NCBI GenBank assembly: GCA_964016885.1
Contig: OZ024743.1
Coordinates: 312,170,001-312,234,000 of the forward strand
DNA length: 64,000 bases
Source of the DNA: Eledone cirrhosa
Taxonomy: Eukaryota
Direction of reading: 5' to 3'
In this document: in pieces, positions 39,180 through 51,412 of the stretch
Layout: each line of letters begins with the position of its first letter
How positions within the stretch are numbered: position 1 is the stretch's first letter
Notes under the pieces: generated by a model
What the model was told of the DNA's origin: nothing
Database searches by the model: none
The model's input: only the letters and a program-made list of their open reading frames with translations
Position numbers and translations under genes: made by a program

Positions 39180-41385
39180 TAGTGGTGGTGGTGATGGAAG
39201 TAGTAGAGGTTGTGGTTGTGTAGAGGTGATAGTGGTGGAAGTAGTAGAGGTTGTAGTAGTGGTAGAGGTGGAAGTAGTAGAGGTAGAAGTGATAGTGGTG
39301 GTGGAAGTAGTAGAAGTTGTAGTAGTGGCAGAGGTGGTGGTGGAAGTAGTAGAGGTTGTAGTAGTGGCAGAGGCAATAGTGGTGGTGGAAGTAGTATAGG
39401 TTGTGGTAATGGTAAAGGTGATAGTGGGGGTGGAAGTAGTATAAGTTGTGGTAATGGTAGAGGTGATAGTGGTGGTGGAAGTAGTAGAGGTTGTAGTAGT
39501 GGTAGAGGTGGTGGTGGTAGAGGCTGTGGTAGAGGTGGTAGTGGTGGTGGAAGTAGTTGAGGTTGTGGTAGTGGTAGAAGTGATAGTGGTGGAAGTAGTA
39601 GTGGTAGAGGCAGTGGTGGTAGAGGTGGAAGTAGTAGAGGTTGTGGTATTGGTAGAGTTGATAGTAGTGGTGGTGGTGGTGGAGGTAGTAAAGGTTGTTG
39701 TAATGGTAGAGGTGATAGTGGTAGAGTTAGAAGAGGTTGTAGTAGTTGTAGAGGTGATAGTAGTGGTGGTGGAAGTAGTAGAGGTAGAAGTGATAGTGGA
39801 AGTAGTAGAGGTTGTAGTAGTGACAGAAGTGATAGTGGTGGAAGTAGTAGATGTTGTGGTGGTGGTGGTGGAAGTAGTAGAGGTAGAGGTGATGGATGGA
39901 GGTGGTGGTGAAAGTAGTAGCGGTTGTAGTAGTGGTACAGGTGATAGTGGTGGTGGAAGTAGTAGAGCTTGTAGTAGTGGTAGGGGTAATGGTGGTGGTG
40001 GAAGTAGAGGTTGTGGTAGTGGTAGAGGTGATAGTAGTGGTGGTGGAAGTAGTAGAGGTTGTGGTAGTGGTAGAGGTGATAGTGGTGGTGGAAGTAGTAG
40101 AGGTTGTGGTCATGGTAGAGATGGTAGTGGTGGAAGTAGTAGAGGTGGTAGTAGTGGTGGAAGTAGTAGAGGTTGTGGTAGTGGTGGAAGTAGAGGTTGT
40201 AGTAGTGGTACAGGTGATAGTGGTGGTGGAAGTAGTAGAAGTTCTGGTAGTGGTAGAAGTGATAGTAGTGGTGGTAGAGGTGGAAGTAGTAGAGGTTGTG
40301 GTAATGGTAGAGGTGATAGTGGTAGAGTTAGAAGAGGTTGTAGTAGTTGTAGAGGTGATAGTAGTGGTGGTGGAAGTAGTAGAGGTAGAAGTGATAGTGG
40401 AAGTAGTAGAGGTTGTAGTAGTGACAGAAGTGATAGTGGTGGAAGTAGTAGATGTTGTGGTGGTGGTGGTGGAAGTAGTAGAGGTAGAGGTGATGGATGG
40501 AGGTGGTGGTGAAAGTAGTAGCGGTTGTAGTAGTGGTACAGGTGATAGTGGTGGTGGAAGTAGTAGAGCTTGTAGTAGTGGTAGGGGTAATGGTGGTGGT
40601 GGAAGTAGAGGTTGTGGTAGTGGTAGAGGTGATAGTAGTGGTGGTGGAAGTAGTAGAGGTTGTGGTAGTGGTAGAGGTGATAGTGGTGGTGGAAGTAGTA
40701 GAGGTTGTGGTCATGGTAGAGATGGTAGTGGTGGAAGTAGTAGAGGTGGTAGTAGTGGTGGAAGTAGTAGAGGTTGTGGTAGTGGTGGAAGTAGAGGTTG
40801 TAGTAGTGGTACAGGTGATAGTGGTGGTGGAAGTAGTAGAAGTTCTGGTAGTGGTAGAAGTGATAGTAGTGGTGGTAGAGGTGGAAGTAGTAGAGGTTGT
40901 GGTAATGGTAGAGGTGATAGTGGTGGTGGAGGTAGTAAAGGTTGTAGTAGTGGTAGAGGTGAACGTGGTAGAAGTAGTAGAGGTTGTAGTAGTTGTAGAG
41001 GTGATAGTTGTGGTGGAAGTAGTAGGGGTTATCATAGATGTGATAGAGGTGGAAGTAGTAGAGGTTGTAGTTGTGGTAGAGCTGATAGTAGTGGTGGTGG
41101 AAGTAGTAGAGGTTGTAGTAGTGACAGAAGTGATAGTGGTGGTGGAAGTAGTAGAGGTAGAGGTGATAGTGGTGGTGGAAGTAGTAGAGGTTGTAGTAGT
41201 GGTAGAGGTGATAGTGGTGATGGTGGTAATGGTAGAGGTTGTGGTGGTGGAGGTAGTAGAGGTTGTGGTAATGGTAGAGGTGATAGTGGTGGTGGAGGTA
41301 GTACAGGTTGTGGTAATGGTAGAGGTGATGGTGGTGGAAGTAGTAGAGGTGATAGTGGTGGTGGTGGCACTGGTGATGGCAGGGG
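39180..41385 (+). repeat. (GTR/GGT/AGT)-type trinucleotide-phased low-complexity array containing a 601-bp tandem duplication
   Basis: GGTGGAAGTAGTAGAGGTTGT units; identical peptides in the ORF track at 39896 and 40497. Confidence 0.95.
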
Positions 41386-41399
41386 ACACTGAGATAAAT

Positions 41400-41688
41400 A
41401 ATAATAATTGTTTCTACTTTAGGCACAAGGCTAGCAATTACCCAGTGCATTACTGGTACTTTATTTTATATAATAATAATGGTTTCTTATATAGGCACAA
41501 GGCCAGCAATTTTGGAGTATGGGAAAGTCGATTAAATCGACCCCAGTGCGTGGCTGGTACATTATTTTATTGACCCCGTAAGGATGAAAGGCAAAGTTAA
41601 TCTTGGCGGGATTTGAACTCAGACTGTAAAGGGACGTAACTATGCTGGAAAACATGGCGTCCGACCCCCTAAAGATACTGCCAATCCA
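41400..41688 (-). mobile_element. tRNA-derived SINE (long variant) plus an extra 3' fragment
   Basis: Reverse complement of family consensus. Confidence 0.85.
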
Positions 41689-43019
41689 ACAACAATCATA
41701 TTGTTCTAAGCAAGAGTAAACTCAAAGATAATTACCCCAATTAGCCTGTCTAGAGAATCATAAATATCAAATGGTTGCATGGTGGGTGGTTGTACAGATG
41801 GATGAACAGACAGGCAGTCAGATAGATAAATATAAAGACAGGCAGACAGATAGATAGATAGATGAATAGTTAGACAGACAGATATATAGATAAACAGAGA
41901 GACTGATAGATAGACAGATAGATAGATAAATATACAGACAGATAGATAGAGTGATAGATAGACAGACAAATAGATAAATATACAGATAGACAGAGCAATG
42001 GGTAGGTAGGTAGGAGGATGTGTTTCGAATAAATAGATTGATGACTAAAAAGAAAGCTGGTTGCAAGGAACTGCTGATATGAAACTTTGTAGAAATATCA
42101 AAAATAATGACTACAGAAGCAGTATTGTGGAAAACAAAGTTATTGACACCAACATCTGATAATATTCTCGATGTATTAATCCTGTCATTATCATATTTCT
42201 AATATTTCCACAGCGTGGACCATTAACTTTTGATGGATTCATAGGGGTGTTTAAACCTGGCAGAGCCCCATCTCTCTCTAGTTCATAATACATTTAAGAT
42301 TTCTTCTAAAGAGAGAGAGAGAGAGAAAGAGAAAAGGAGGAAGAACTAACTGTAGTATTGAACTGGTATTCTTTATCAACATTGAAAGGATGAAATGCAT
42401 AATTGATATCAATAGGATTTGAACTCAGTACAGAAAGCTGGAACAAATACCAAAAAGTATTCTTATTACTCAACCAATTCACTGCCTCTAATCATCATTG
42501 TTTTAATGTCTGGTTTTATGATGTCATGGGTTAGCTGGGTTGTCATTCATATCAACCATAGGTTTGGCATGCTTTCTATGACTAGATTCCCTTCTTAACA
42601 CCAACCACCTTTCAAACAAATGCATCATTTAATCTACCCTTCAATCTGATAGAAGCCTTTTGTTGCCAACAGAGGTAACAGTTCCCTGAACTTCCAAACT
42701 ATTCACATTAGCTCCAACACATTAAAACAACACTACTACTTTACAGAGTGTACATGAGTTTTATCATGGCATCAGCACTAGAGAAGTGGTCATATGACCA
42801 TCCTGACTAAAGAGTTTTCTTGAACCATATATTGTCTCCATTCAATTGATAAATTCTGTAGCCTTTACCCTCTCATCATGTTTACTTTTAATGCAGCAGT
42901 GCATGTACTGATGGACAGGTGTTTTGTATTATGGCATATTGCCAGTCAGCTAGGTTCTGTGTCATCTCTTTCATTAGATTCAGCTTTTTGAGGTCATTCC
43001 TCACAACTTTGTCTCATAT

Positions 43020-43312
43020 ATAATAATAATAATTAAATATTGTGTACAGTGCTCAGGTGCACTACAACTCATCAAAAGTGTATGTATAGTACATAGGGTA
43101 ATGTACAAACATCAGGAAAATGAACAGTGCATGAGTCATGATATACACATGTGCATGTGTATGGAAGGGGGACATCAGGTGTAGTTTTGGCGAATTTCGG
43201 GAAGCATGAGGGTTTTAAAGGATGCAGTGTCTCAGAAGCTAACAACTGACACAGGCAGTTTGTTCCATGCTTCAGCAACTCTAAGCATGAAAAAATGTTT
43301 CCGAAAGTCATG
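43020..43312 (-). mobile_element. CR1-like LINE 3' end
   Basis: Close match to 17480-17775; HDFRKHFFMLRVAEAWNKLP. Confidence 0.85.
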
Positions 43313-43932
43313 TCTTCCTTGATCTTCTTCCACAAGTTCTATCCCCTTTAAGCACTCAACACTTTTTTTAATACAACTCTCACTTCCCTTATTCTTCTCA
43401 TACCAATACCAGTGCAATTGTTTCTCTTATATACTACTTTCAATTTCTCTTGTACTCAACTTATTTCTCGGTTCACTTCTGCTCTGTTGTTCATGCTAAC
43501 TAAACATTAAACATCTTACCTCATTTCTTTTTAACCATCTCTCTCAAGGCCCACATCAACTGCGTGTAACATTGTGGTTCAAACACATGCATTGTATAAT
43601 CTGCCCGTCACTATAAGAGAGAAGCTTTTTGTTGCCAGCAGAGCTAACAATTCTCTGAACTTCTTCCATCTTCTGAGTACACCACACACACACATAACTT
43701 TAACAAAATTCCCAAATCTGAATCAGCATGACACAATATGTGACGAGATTAGAATGTGGAATTTCAGGTGCAATGCATTTGATGGCCTTATTTAACAGAC
43801 AAGGCTTAGTCAATCTAAGGCTATGATAAATGGTACTTGCCCATGACACCATTGAGTGGAACTGAATCCAGGATCTCACATTTACAAACAAATTTCTTAA
43901 CCCCTCAGATATGTCTGTATCCTATTATTAGT

Positions 43933-44121
43933 TGGTGGATTGGCAGTATCGGTAGAGGGTCGGACGCCATGCTTTCTAGCATAGTTACGTCCCTTTACAG
44001 ACTGAGTTCAAATCCCACCGAGGTTAACTTTGCCTTTCATCCTTACGGGGTCGATAAAATGAAGTACCAGTAATGTACTGAGTAATTGCTGGCCTTGTGC
44101 CAAATGTAGAAACAATTATTA
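43933..44121 (+). mobile_element. tRNA-derived SINE copy
   Basis: Near-identical full-length body. Confidence 0.88.
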
Positions 44122-46772
44122 GTAACAAAGAAGTTAAGAATTAGGTCAACCTAAGCAGAATTTTAACCTAGAGCATTGATGGATGAAAACAAAATTCCAT
44201 AAGACATTTATACCACTGCCTTTCACAGCTGGGGGTCAAATGTCTTGCTAAAGAACCACCACCACCATCATCATTTTAACCCTTTAGCATTTACATTACT
44301 CTATATTACTATCATAGTTATTTCACATAATGTCGAATCTATGAGAATTTGAAATTATTTATTTTGAACACAGTACCTTAACATCAGTATAAGGGGTTGG
44401 TTACAGCCAGTTTGAACAGAAAGAGGTGAGAGAATTCTAGCCAGATATCGCCAGTTTAAATGCTAAAGTGGTAATGTCTACTTTCCCTGCTAGCAAGGAT
44501 TGGACGGGTCTACATAGACCAAGTCAGTACTGAAGCAGGGCCACTGATCTGGACAGGCCAGGGATCTGCATCTTGCTTATGTATAGTTTCATGTTCTACC
44601 TAGTACACAGGAGAGGTTGTCATGTCTTAAGGATATAATGGAATATTTACATGACATAAAAACAATGAATGTAGCATTTTACTTATGGAGTGATGATGTT
44701 ACATCCATACCTTCAGGGCTGGATTTATCAGGGGGAAGTGGGAGTGAAGGCCACCCCATCCATCTCTGAACATGGCCTATTTTTCTCTCTCTCTTCTTGC
44801 TTATGTGTGTGTGTGTATATGTATATATATATATATATACATATGAGTGTGTGTGTGTGTGTGTGCATGTGTTGTTATATGAGAGGCCTACCAAACTTGA
44901 ACTGCCCTGGGCCCCCACAAGGTCTAATTCTGGTCCTACATGTCTTACAATGTAACTCTAGTGGAAATATATCCAATGAAGATGGTAAAGAGGCTTGGCC
45001 CTTTCATTGCCATATTTCTAATGAAATACACTACTCTACATGTTAATATGTGGTTGGTTCATCAATAAATGGAAACAAGTTTGAGCAGTGTATGTAGTTG
45101 AAACACTTTTATTGTATTTACTATATATTGTTTTAATTCATCTGTATATATCAATATTTTAGCCTTATTTAATTTAATTCATCTGCCTATATGATTTCAA
45201 TTAATTTAGAAAATAATTAAACAATTTGAAGGGATTGGGAAAAATAACTTTTCAATATTAAGCTGGTGTTTGGAACATAACTTGAAAGTTTCTTACATGA
45301 AATTGTAATGAAAGGTTTTGGGATGGACATGAACAGAATAAAATGGTAATTTAGTATCACAGAACCAGGACTAGTTTTGAGCGGGCTGGTATAAAAAAAG
45401 GGTTAAGAGCTAGTTTCTCAAGTACATATATCCAACAGGATTTGAAATCACAAGATTAAAGGAAAATATATATTTTTTGTTTTTGCTCTTAACATGGTGG
45501 ATACCTAAATGTATTTGTGAGTGAATGACAATATTATAATAGCAACACTTCCAAAATAATTGTCGATTGTTTTCTTTCAGCTACCATTGGAACAAAAGGA
45601 TGACACATGGTGTTAATGAGGCTGTTTTCTTGCAAACAAACTGAATAATATTATAATACTATTATATTATTGTTATTCACTCACAAATACATGTACGTAT
45701 CCACCATGTTAAGAGTGAAAACAAATGTTTTTTAATTTTCTGCAAAGCCAGCTGTAAAATCGCTCGGTATGCAAACGAGGTTAATCAGCCAATGTATACA
45801 TTTGAGAATACTATGTATTCTCAGCAGTTCAAGCAAGTAGGAGTGATGAGAATACACAATCTCGATAAGGAGCAAAAACTCCAAAACAATTGTTGATTGT
45901 TTTCTCTCAGTTACTGCTGAAACAAAAAGATGACATTGGTCATCTAACCCATGGTGTTAATGAAGCCGTTTGCTTGCAAAAAAAACGAATATTGATAACA
46001 TTATAATGCTATTATAATATCATTGTTATTCACTCATGAATACATATAGATTTTTTTATTTTTTTTAATAGTTTCAGCCATAAGCACTTATTTTTTCAAG
46101 TTTGGTACTTATTTTATCAATCTCTTTTTGTCGAACAGCTAAGTTACAGAACATAAACACAGACATGGAAACACATATATACACATAAACGTATGTTATT
46201 GAGGTTTATGTATGGACCTGTAACACATGAAGGAGTCATGGAGAAGCCATATTGATATACAGTGTTTCTAGAGCATTTAAAAAAATCTCTAGCAGAACCT
46301 ACCTCCTCTCCAGGTCTGAATTTTTCCAGAGAAGAATAGAGAGTGAGAGAGAATGGAAGTGAGAAAGAGATATAGAGGAAGAATTGACCCCGGTACTTGA
46401 CTGGTACTCTTTTTATCGACCCTGAATGGGTGAAAGGCAAAGTTGACTGCAGCAGAATTCCAAAAAACATTCTATCTGACATTCTAACGACTTTGCCAAT
46501 TCGCCACCTTATAGAGGATTATATACCCAGTTATTAGTCAAAATATGGCAAAAGCTCTATTTCAATTTTCAAATTTTTAATCTCTGCCATATTCTAAATT
46601 GTGTGTGCATGTGCATATCAAATTTTACTCATAAAGCATTGGTCATCTTGAGGCTATAGAAGACATTTGCCCAAAGTGTCATGCAGTTAGAGTGAACCTG
46701 ACACCATGTGGTTGTGAAGGGAACTACATAACCAAACAGTAATGTCTGTACCTATATAAATAAATAAATAAA

Positions 46773-46954
46773 TACAAGGGTCACCTGAAATGTTCATTGG
46801 CTGACCAAGATACTCTCATGGAATGACCAAATGAGATTTATTTTTCAACATAGTACCTGGAAAGGAACAATGCAGTTACTAATAAGAAGAGTTTAAATTA
46901 ATACATGCAAGATTTCACAGCCCTAGCTTCACTCCTTCATAGCTCACCCTCGTA
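46773..46954. mobile_element. Mariner-like MITE
   Basis: TACAAGGG...CCCTCGTA termini with TA ends; shares interior with 59310 copy. Confidence 0.72.
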
Positions 46955-47434
46955 AATATAGTCCTGCACTCAACCAATTCTGCTGCTTCGTCTTCTTCAA
47001 TAAAGTTAACAAATAAAAGTCTTTGACATCATGAAATTTAAAATGGAAAAAAATAAATAAATAAAAATAAATAAACCATCTTAAATTTCGATAAATCATA
47101 AATAAGTTAACAAATCTTTAACAATGTTAAGTTTGTCCCCAGTCTAGATACTAATCAGGCCAGAACTTATCTCAGTTTCATTGGTATAAAATTACAGTAC
47201 ATTTTTTCCCTGGACTGGATGTCAGTACATTGCAGGGTGAACCCCAAACCTAATGCTTGCACCCATTATTTTTAGCTGAGTTGACTGAAGTGTCTTGCTC
47301 AAGGACACAATGTGCCACCTTGGTCCAGAATCGAATCCACAACCTTGCAACAGTGAGCCAAACAGCCTAACCACTAGGCCATGAGCCATTCAATATAAGG
47401 CAACACAATATCACAACTACTCCCTCTGTTGATG

Positions 47435-50400
47435 TAGCTGCTGTTTGTGGTGGTGGTAGTGGTGTTACAGGTGGTGGTAGTGGTGCTATAGGTGGTGGTG
47501 GTATGGCTACAGCTGTTGTTGGTGGTAGTGCTATAGCTGTTGTTGGTGGTGGTAGTAGTGCACAACTGTTGTTGATGGTGGTGGTGCTATAGCTGTTGTT
47601 GGTGGTGGTATGGCTACAGCTGTTGTTGTTGGTGCTGGTAGTACAGCTGTTGTTGGTGGTGGTAGTGTTACAGCTGTTGTTGTAGTCATTATCATCACTG
47701 TTGCTGTCATCACTGCTGCTGTTGCTGTTGTCGTCACTGCTCCTGTTGCTGTTATCACTGCTGATATTGCTGCAGTCACCACTGCTGCTGTTGCCATCAC
47801 TGCTACGTTGCTGTTGCTGTTATCACTGCTGATATTGCTGCAGTCACCACTGCTGCTGTTGCTGATATCATCACTGCTACGTTGCTGTTGTCGTCACTGC
47901 TGCTGTTGCTGTTATCACTGCTGATATTGCTGCAGTCACCACTGCTGCTGTTGCTGATATCATCACTGCTACGTTGCTGTTGTCGTCACTGCTGCTGTTG
48001 CTGTTATCACTGCTGATAGTGCTGCAGTCATCACTGCTGCTGGTGCTGATGTCATCACTGCTACGTTGCTGTTGCTGTTGTCGTCACTGCTGCTGTTGCT
48101 GTTATCACTGCTGATATTGCTGCAGTCACCACTGCTGCTGGTGCCGATATCATCACTGCTACGTTGCTGTTGTCGTCACTGCTGCTGTTGCTGTTATCAA
48201 TGCTGATATTGCTGCAGTCACCACTGCTACGTTGCTGTTGTCGTCACTGCTGCTGTTGCTGTTATCACTGCTGATATTGCTGCAGTCACCACTGCTGCTG
48301 GTGCTGATATCATCACTGCTACGTTGCTGTTGTTGTCACTGCTGCTGTTGCTGTTATCAATGCTGATATTGCTGCAGTCACCACTGCTGCTGTTGCTGAT
48401 GTCATCACTGCTACGTTGCTGTTGTCGTCTCTGCTGCGTTGCTGTTGTTGTCACTGCTGCTGTTGCTGTTATCAATGCTGCTGTTGCTGTTATCACTGCT
48501 GATTGTGCTGCAGTCACCGCTGTTGCTGTTATCACTGCTGATAGTGCTGCAGTCACCACTGCTGCTGTTGCTGATGTCATCACTGCTACGTTGCTGTTGT
48601 TGTCACTGCTGCTGTTGCTGTTGTCGTCACTGTTGCTGTTGCTGTTATCACTGTCGATATTGCTGCAGTCACCACTGCTGCTGGTGCTGATATCATCACT
48701 GCTACGTTGCTGTTGTCGTCACTGCTGCGTTGCTGTTATCACTGCTGCTGTTGCTGTTATCACTGCTGATAGTGCTGCAGTCACCACTGCTGCTGGTGCT
48801 GATATAATCTGATATAATCACTGCTACGTTGCTGTTGTCGTCACTGCTGCTGTTGCTGTTATCAATGCTGATATTGCTGCAGTCACCACTGCTGCTGGTG
48901 CTGATATCATCACTGCTACGTTGCTGTTGTCGTCACTGCTGCTGTTGCTGTTATCAATGCTGATATTGCTGCAGTCACCACTGCTGCTGGTGCTGATATC
49001 ATCACTGCTACGTTGCTGTTGTCGTCACTGCTGCTGTTATCAATGCTGATATTACTGCAGTCACCACTGCTACGTTGCTGTTGTCGTCACTGCTGCTGTT
49101 GCTGTTATCACTGCTGCTGTTGCTGTTATCACTGCTGATATTGCTGCAGTCACCACTGCTGCTGGTGCTGATATCATCACTGCTACGTTGCTGTTGTTGT
49201 CGCTGTTGCTGTTATCAATGCTGATATTGCTGCAGTCACCACTGCTGCTGTTGCTGATGTCATCACTGCTGCGTTGCTGTTGTTGTCACTGCTGCTGTTG
49301 CTGTTATCACTGCTGATTGTGCTGCAGTCACCGCTGTTGCTGTTATCACTGCTGATAGTGCTGCAGTCACCACTGCTATGTTGCTGTTGTCGTCACTGCT
49401 GCTGTTGCTGTAATCTTGTTGCTGTTGCTGCAGTCACCACTGCTGCTGTTGCTGATGTCATCACTGCTGCTGTTGCTGTTATCACTGCTGATAGTGCTGC
49501 AGTCACCACTGCTGCTGGTGCTGATATCATCACTGCTACGTTGCTGTTGTCGTCACTGCTGCTGCTGTTGCTGTTATCACTGCTGATATTGCTGCAGTCA
49601 CCACTGCTGCTGTTGCTGATGTCATCACTGCTACGTTGCTGTTGTTGTCACTGCTGCTGTTGCTGTTGTCGTCACTGCTGCTGTTGCTGTTATCACTGTC
49701 GATATTGCTGCTGGTGCTGATATAATCTGATATAATCACTGCTACGTTGCTGTTGTCGTCACTGCTGCTGTTGCTGTTATCAATGCTGATATTGCTGCAG
49801 TCACCACTGCTGCTGTTGCTGATGTCATCACTGCTGCGTTGCTGTTGTTGTCACTGCTGCTGTTGCTGTTATCACTGCTGATAGTGCTGCAGTCACCACT
49901 GCTGCTGTTGCTGATATTATCACTGCTACGTTGCTGTTGTCGTCACTGCTGCGTTGCTGTTATCACTGCTGATAGTGCTGCAGTCACCACTGCTGCTGTT
50001 GCTGATATCATCACTGCTGCGTTGCTGTTGTTGTCACTGCTGCTGTTGCTGTTATCACTGCTGATATTGCTGCAGTCACCACTGCTGCTGGTGCTGATAT
50101 CATCACTGCTACGTTGCTGTTGTCGTAACTGCTGCTGTTGCTGCAGTCACCACTGCTGCTGGTGCTGATATCATCACTGCTACGTTGCTGTTGTCGTCAC
50201 TGCTGCTGTTGCTGTTATCACTGCTGATATTGCTGCAGTCACCACTGCTGCTGGTGCTGATATCATCACTGCTACGTTGCTGTTGTCGTCACTGCTGCTG
50301 TTATCACTGCTGATATTGCTGCAGTCACCACTGCTGCTGGTGCTGATATCATCACTGCTACGTTGCTGTTGTTGTCACTGTTGCTGATATTGCTGCAGTC

Positions 50401-50660
50401 ACCACTGCTGCTGGTGCTGATGTCATCACTGCTACGTTGCTGTTGTCGTCACTGCTGCTGTTATCACTGCTGATATTGCTGCAGTCACCACTGCTGCTGG
50501 TGCTGATATCATCACTGCTACGTTGCTGTTGTCGTCACTGTTGCTGATATTGCTGCAGTCACCACTGCTGCTGGTGCTGATGTCATCACTGCTGCTATTA
50601 CTGCTGCTGCTGCTGTCATCATTGCTAATATCATCCCTGCTGATGTCGCTGCTGTTTCTG
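47435..50660. repeat. CTG/CAG-rich minisatellite, variable ~92-bp unit
   Basis: Unit ACTGCTACGTTGCTGTTGTCGTCACTGCTGCTGTTGCTGTTATCACTGCTGATATTGCTGCAGTCACCACTGCTGCTG(T/G)TGCTGATATCATC, e.g. starts at 47873 and 47965. Confidence 0.95.
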
Positions 50661-50663
50661 TTG

Positions 50664-50732
50664 TTATCTCTGTTGCTGCTGTTGTAACCTTTCAAGTTTT
50701 TCCCTCAGTTTTCCCAACTGTACTTTACATTT
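50664..50732 (-). CDS. MLH3: Probable MLH3 terminal coding exon (KCKVQLGKLREKLERLQQQQQR*)
   Basis: tttttgcAG acceptor, phase 0; L.KLR resembles the vertebrate C-terminal KPNLTKLR; TAA at 50666-50664. Confidence 0.72.
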   Translation of the reverse strand, partial: KCKVQLGKLREKLERLQQQQQR

Positions 50733-51336
50733 CTGCAAAAATGAAAAATGGTTTTTAAAATTCAGACACAAGGCCAGAAATTTGGAGAAAAGTCAATTAA
50801 ATTGACCCCAGTACTTGACTGGTATTTTATTTTATTTTATTGACACTGGAGGGATGAAAGGCAAAGCTGACCTCAATGGGATTGAATTTATAAAAGAGAC
50901 GTGTCCAACCCTTGTTAGCAGAGAAAGCAAACATGATGATGATAAATAAAACGTGTGCTGATGCCTATTTTTTGGTCCAGGGGGCTTGTATGCTCGTATT
51001 TGACTATTTCTTGTAGTTAAAAAAATATGTTGGAAGCTTCTAATTCAATTTTCATAAATAACTTAGATAACTTTTATAGGTTTCGGCCAGTATTGGCCCA
51101 GGCCCTGTCTAATTTAATAGCACCACCTGGTGAAGTCTTTCAAATATACATAATACATATATAATGTGTGTGTGTGTGTATATATTTATATACATATATC
51201 ATCATCATCATCGTTTAACATCCATCTTCCACGCTTGCATGGGTTTGGACATATATATATATATATTTACACACACACACACACATTATATACGTATTAT
51301 GTATATTTGAAAGATTTCACCAGGTGGTGCTATTAA

Positions 51337-51412
<76 letters not shown>

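Noticed and set aside
38161-41573. Long + strand ORFs (poly-Val/Glu, Gly/Ser/Arg) and His/Tyr- or Pro/Leu-rich - strand ORFs
   Set aside because: Translations of simple repeats, open in several frames at once, with no domains or splice support
42111-42293. 60-aa ORF with hydrophobic C-terminus (GPI-anchor-like)
   Set aside because: An in-frame stop lies immediately upstream, there is no signal peptide or linked exon, and I recognise no family
47374-50695. Ala/Thr/Val-rich ORFs resembling antifreeze glycoprotein or mucin
   Set aside because: The repeat unit of ~92 bp is not a multiple of 3 and frames break in nearly every unit
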